Below, one piece after another: positions 60,890-64,000 of a DNA stretch of 64,000 nucleotides. The position numbers and the translations under genes were made by a program. The stretch comes from Atribacterota bacterium (GTDB lineage: Bacteria > Atribacterota > Phoenicimicrobiia > Phoenicimicrobiales > Stramentimicrobiaceae): NCBI GenBank assembly GCA_040767965.1, contig JAXGNR010000004.1:384001-448000 (forward strand), read 5' to 3'. Each line of letters begins with the position of its first letter. Position 1 is the first letter of the stretch. The notes beneath the pieces are model-generated. The model did no database searches. It worked only from the letters and a program-made list of their open reading frames with translations, and was not told the origin of the DNA.

Positions 60890-61277
60890 AAAAAGACTTG
60901 GTTTTGATTTAACACCTTTGATTGATGTGGTGTTCTTATTGCTAATCTTTTTTATGCTTACTACTACTTTTATTAATATTGAAAGCGGTGTAAAAGTCGA
61001 TTTACCAAGCGGAGATTTTGCTTCAGTAACCGAGAGGCAGAATTTAATAGTTGCCATTACTGAAAATAATGTAATATATCTGAACAACAATATAGTTGAT
61101 CCGAATAATTTAGCTTCCATGATAAGGGAAGAAATTGGCGAAATGACTGATTCTTTGGTTGTTTTGGAAGCAGATCAGAATATTACGCACGGAAAAGTTG
61201 TTCGGGTTATGGATTTGATAAAAAAAGGTGGAGCAGAGAGGATAGCTATTGCTACCCGTCCATCTGAAGGCCAATAG
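60867..61277 (+). CDS. exbD: ExbD/TolR protein
   Basis: DLTPLIDVVFLLLIFFM with the essential Asp, V.LP, LEAD...HG.VV.VMD. Confidence 0.92.
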   Translation: MKFYHISKKRLGFDLTPLIDVVFLLLIFFMLTTTFINIESGVKVDLPSGDFASVTERQNLIVAITENNVIYLNNNIVDPNNLASMIREEIGEMTDSLVVLEADQNITHGKVVRVMDLIKKGGAERIAIATRPSEGQ

Positions 61278-61339
61278 CAATATTAGTTAAAAAATATATT
61301 AGCAAAATTAGCAATACAAAAATAAGGTGATATTTTAAG

Positions 61340-62827
61340 ATGACTGGATACAGAGCAAAAAGAAGAAAACTACGATCTAAAAGCTATTTAGGCCGTTCCT
61401 TTCTTATTTCTTTAATCATAAATTTTTTGTTTATTTTTTTCTTTAGCAATCTTACTTCTTTTGATTTATTAAAAATGCCAGAAGAGGAAATTATTCTGGT
61501 TACCATGGTTGAATTACCAACATTGCGAGAACCTGTAACGGCAAGACCAGAAATTGAAGCAGAAGAGCCTGTGGCTGAATTAAGCACTATGCCCAGAGTA
61601 GAGCCCGCCCTCCCAGAACCAGCAAGAGAACAGGAAATAGAAACACAGCCAGCAGCAGAAAGCCAGGATGAAATAGCTGAAATTGTCAGTACTCCTCGTG
61701 CTGAAGTCAAAATACCTGAAATAGAAATACCGTCCAGTGAAGAAATGCCAGCAATGCAAGAACAAGCTCCTGCCAGGCAGGATGTTCAAGTTGCATCTGG
61801 ATCACTTGCTCCATCTATTACCAGCAGAAGAGATATCGAAGGAGAAGTGCTAGAACCAGGACAATATGAGATTCAGGCAAGTATGGGACAACCAGGAAGA
61901 GAAAGAATTGAATCAACTTATGGAAACACCGTTACTCCTGGACAAATAAGTAATTTACCAAGAACTATTGAGAAGGAGTCCCCTTTTGGAAACAGGCCAC
62001 TTGCAGTTACTATTGATAATGCAGACGCCGCCCGTCCACAAAGCGGGCTTGATAAAGCGAATATCGTGTATGAAGTATTGGCAGAAGGTGGGATCACCCG
62101 TTTTCTGGCTATTTATGCAGCCCAAGAAGCAGATGTAGTAGGGCCTGTACGTAGTGCCAGACCATATTTTATTACTAAAGCTATGGAGCACAGCGCTATT
62201 TATGTACATGCAGGGGAAAGTCCTGATGCAGCTAGATTTATCAGAGAAGAAAGGATTGATGATATTAATGAACTAGTTCATTATCAGCCATTTTGGAGAT
62301 CTTCTGATCGAAGACCACCTCATAACTTATATGCATCGACTGAACAGTTAAGAGAAGAGGCTAAAAATATAGGTTATCTTGAAATGATAAACAGAGATAG
62401 TTTTCAGTTTGAAGCAGATTCTAATCAGATACTTACCGGAGCTGATATCCAAAGAATTGATATAAGGTATAATGTCAATTACTCAGTAAGATATCAATAT
62501 AATCCAGAAACAAAGAGGTATATTAGATTTATCAATGATATTCCTCATATCGATGCAGAAACAGGAATGCAATTGCAGGCAAAAAATATTATTATCCAGC
62601 ACAGCGAGAAGAAAGTTCTTGACGAAGAAGGTAGGCTCGCTATCGATTTACTTGGAAGAGGAGATGGACTTATTATTTTTAATGGTAAATCAGAAGAAAT
62701 TACCTGGAAAAAGGAAACTTTAACATCCAAGACATATTTTTATAATAAAAATGGTGACCGATTAGCAATACAACCTGGTAATGTCTGGATTCAGATTACT
62801 CATCCAGATACACAGGTTAGATACTAA
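61340..62827 (+). CDS. TonB-like energy-transducer N-terminus fused to a DUF3048 (YerB-like) domain
   Basis: TM with SxxxN, ILVTMV D-box-like motif, Pro/Glu-rich linker; then RPLAVTIDN...RPQSGL...EGGITRF...GPVRSAR...PHNLY. Confidence 0.8.
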   Translation: MTGYRAKRRKLRSKSYLGRSFLISLIINFLFIFFFSNLTSFDLLKMPEEEIILVTMVELPTLREPVTARPEIEAEEPVAELSTMPRVEPALPEPAREQEIETQPAAESQDEIAEIVSTPRAEVKIPEIEIPSSEEMPAMQEQAPARQDVQVASGSLAPSITSRRDIEGEVLEPGQYEIQASMGQPGRERIESTYGNTVTPGQISNLPRTIEKESPFGNRPLAVTIDNADAARPQSGLDKANIVYEVLAEGGITRFLAIYAAQEADVVGPVRSARPYFITKAMEHSAIYVHAGESPDAARFIREERIDDINELVHYQPFWRSSDRRPPHNLYASTEQLREEAKNIGYLEMINRDSFQFEADSNQILTGADIQRIDIRYNVNYSVRYQYNPETKRYIRFINDIPHIDAETGMQLQAKNIIIQHSEKKVLDEEGRLAIDLLGRGDGLIIFNGKSEEITWKKETLTSKTYFYNKNGDRLAIQPGNVWIQITHPDTQVRY

Positions 62828-62891
62828 TGAATCAAAGTCAGCAAAGCTAGAAAATATTTTCTTTAATGATCAGTTATTTACAGGATTATTT

Positions 62892-63797
62892 ATGGATCAG
62901 CAACATGAACTTATCGAGAGTTTTTTAGATTATTTATATTTAGAAAGAGGATTAGCATATAATACAATTGCATCTTATCGTTATGATCTGGATAAGTTTC
63001 ATAATTTTGTTATTAAACAAAAAAGGATAACTTTTAAAAAAGTTAATAGAGAAATATTAACAGAATACTATCAATACCTTATCAATAAAAAATTAGAAAT
63101 AAGTTCTATTTTTCGTAATTTAGTAGCCTTGAAGATGTTTTTCAGATATCTTTTAGTAGAAGAAATTATAGGAAAAGACCTCTCCCATTTTATTGAATTT
63201 CCCCGAATGGGGAAAAAGTTACCAGAAGCTCTTAGTATTGAAGATGTTAACAAACTTTTGGCAGAGGAAAATTTTAAAGGCAAGTTAGGGAAAAGAGATA
63301 AGGCAATACTGGAATTACTTTATGCTACAGGGATGCGCGTTTCAGAATTAATTAATCTAAAAAGGAATGATTTAAATCTTGAACATCGATTATTAAAATG
63401 TACAGGTAAGGGCAATAAAGAAAGATGGATTCCAATTACTGACAAAGCCCATGCGGCTTTATTTGACTATATAGCTTATAACAGACCAAAAATACTAAAG
63501 AAAGCCGATCTGGAAATATTATTCTTGAATAGTCGTGGAGGTCCTATTACAAGGCAAGGAGTTTTTCTATTGATAAAAAATTATTCTAAAATGTCTGGCA
63601 TCAAAATAAATGTTACTCCGCATACCTTAAGACATACTCTGGCTACTCACTTAATTGAAAACGGTGCTGACTTAAGATCAGTTCAAGAGATACTGGGCCA
63701 TGCAGATATCTCTACTACACAAATATATACTCATGTTAGCCGAAAATGGGTTAAGGATGAATATTTTAAGGCATTTCCAAGAGCATATGAAGAGTAG
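62892..63797 (+). CDS. xerD: Site-specific tyrosine recombinase XerD
   Basis: LERGLA.NT..Y..DL, LYATGMRVSE, GKG.KER, PHTLRH, LGHADISTTQIYTH. Confidence 0.9.
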   Translation: MDQQHELIESFLDYLYLERGLAYNTIASYRYDLDKFHNFVIKQKRITFKKVNREILTEYYQYLINKKLEISSIFRNLVALKMFFRYLLVEEIIGKDLSHFIEFPRMGKKLPEALSIEDVNKLLAEENFKGKLGKRDKAILELLYATGMRVSELINLKRNDLNLEHRLLKCTGKGNKERWIPITDKAHAALFDYIAYNRPKILKKADLEILFLNSRGGPITRQGVFLLIKNYSKMSGIKINVTPHTLRHTLATHLIENGADLRSVQEILGHADISTTQIYTHVSRKWVKDEYFKAFPRAYEE

Positions 63798-63825
63798 ATA
63801 ATAAAAAAAGGGGGTTCCATTATAA

Positions 63826-64000
63826 TTGGAAAACTTAAGAAAAAAAATAGACGAAAGTATTCAATCAATACATAGACATAGTACCCTAAAACCTAAAATT
63901 GCCATTATTTTAGGTACCGGGTTAGGCAACCTTGCCAATGATATTAGGGAAAATGTAATTATACCATATGAGAATATTAACCATTTTCCGATCTCTACAG
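63826..64000 (+). CDS. punA: Purine nucleoside phosphorylase, 5' part (runs off the window)
   Basis: TTG start; KPKIAIILGTGLG...IPYENI.HFP.ST. Confidence 0.85.
   Translation, partial: MENLRKKIDESIQSIHRHSTLKPKIAIILGTGLGNLANDIRENVIIPYENINHFPIST

Noticed and set aside
335-63283. Numerous short ORFs antisense to or nested within long genes (e.g. 10401-10688, 29529-29924, 35235-35645, 60304-60684, 61384-61710)
   Set aside because: Shadow frames of well-supported genes, with no motifs or SD support
62892-63797. Tyrosine recombinase as an integron or prophage integrase
   Set aside because: Canonical XerD motifs and length in a housekeeping xerD-PNP context; no attC sites or phage genes

Overview
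AT-rich chromosomal segment from an anaerobic diderm bacterium (Omp85 barrel, ExbB/ExbD, 2-oxoacid:ferredoxin oxidoreductase). The gene set is reminiscent of Atribacterota/JS1, but that is inference only. In order: (1) 0.2-6.7 kb, a korABDC-sucCD-murI-IclR catabolic unit with a consensus promoter and a perfect palindromic operator. (2) 6.7-38 kb, a large mosaic surface-glycan locus: ugd with a stack of in-frame palindromic elements, an ABC flippase, an embedded TTT transporter, two TupA and one RimK-like ATP-grasp, CapA, a Uxs/flavoprotein/GtrA/GT-C module, many glycosyltransferases, several 5' gene stubs, an IS256 with an 8-bp TSD, and an archaeal/eukaryotic-type GPT (AglH/DPAGT1-like) followed by a geranylgeranyl reductase. 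(3) 38-46 kb, a peptidase-propeller-Omp85 protein with another in-frame repeat insertion, an amidohydrolase, wecA, galE and a pseudo-WecA-TagA fusion. (4) 46-56 kb, housekeeping mreD-mrdA-rodA-radical SAM pair-rng-rplU-rpmA-obgE. (5) 56-64 kb, a TPR-ExbB-ExbD-TonB-like gene cluster whose energy transducer ends in a DUF3048 domain instead of a TonB C-terminal domain, followed by xerD and a partial purine nucleoside phosphorylase. The best candidates for undescribed biology are the ExbBD/TonB-DUF3048 motor, the coding-inserted palindromic elements, and the AglH+GGR pair. Several single-base frameshifts (sucC, tctC, the mrdA/rodA junction, IS256) may be long-read errors. All family calls come from motif recognition by eye; no searches were run.
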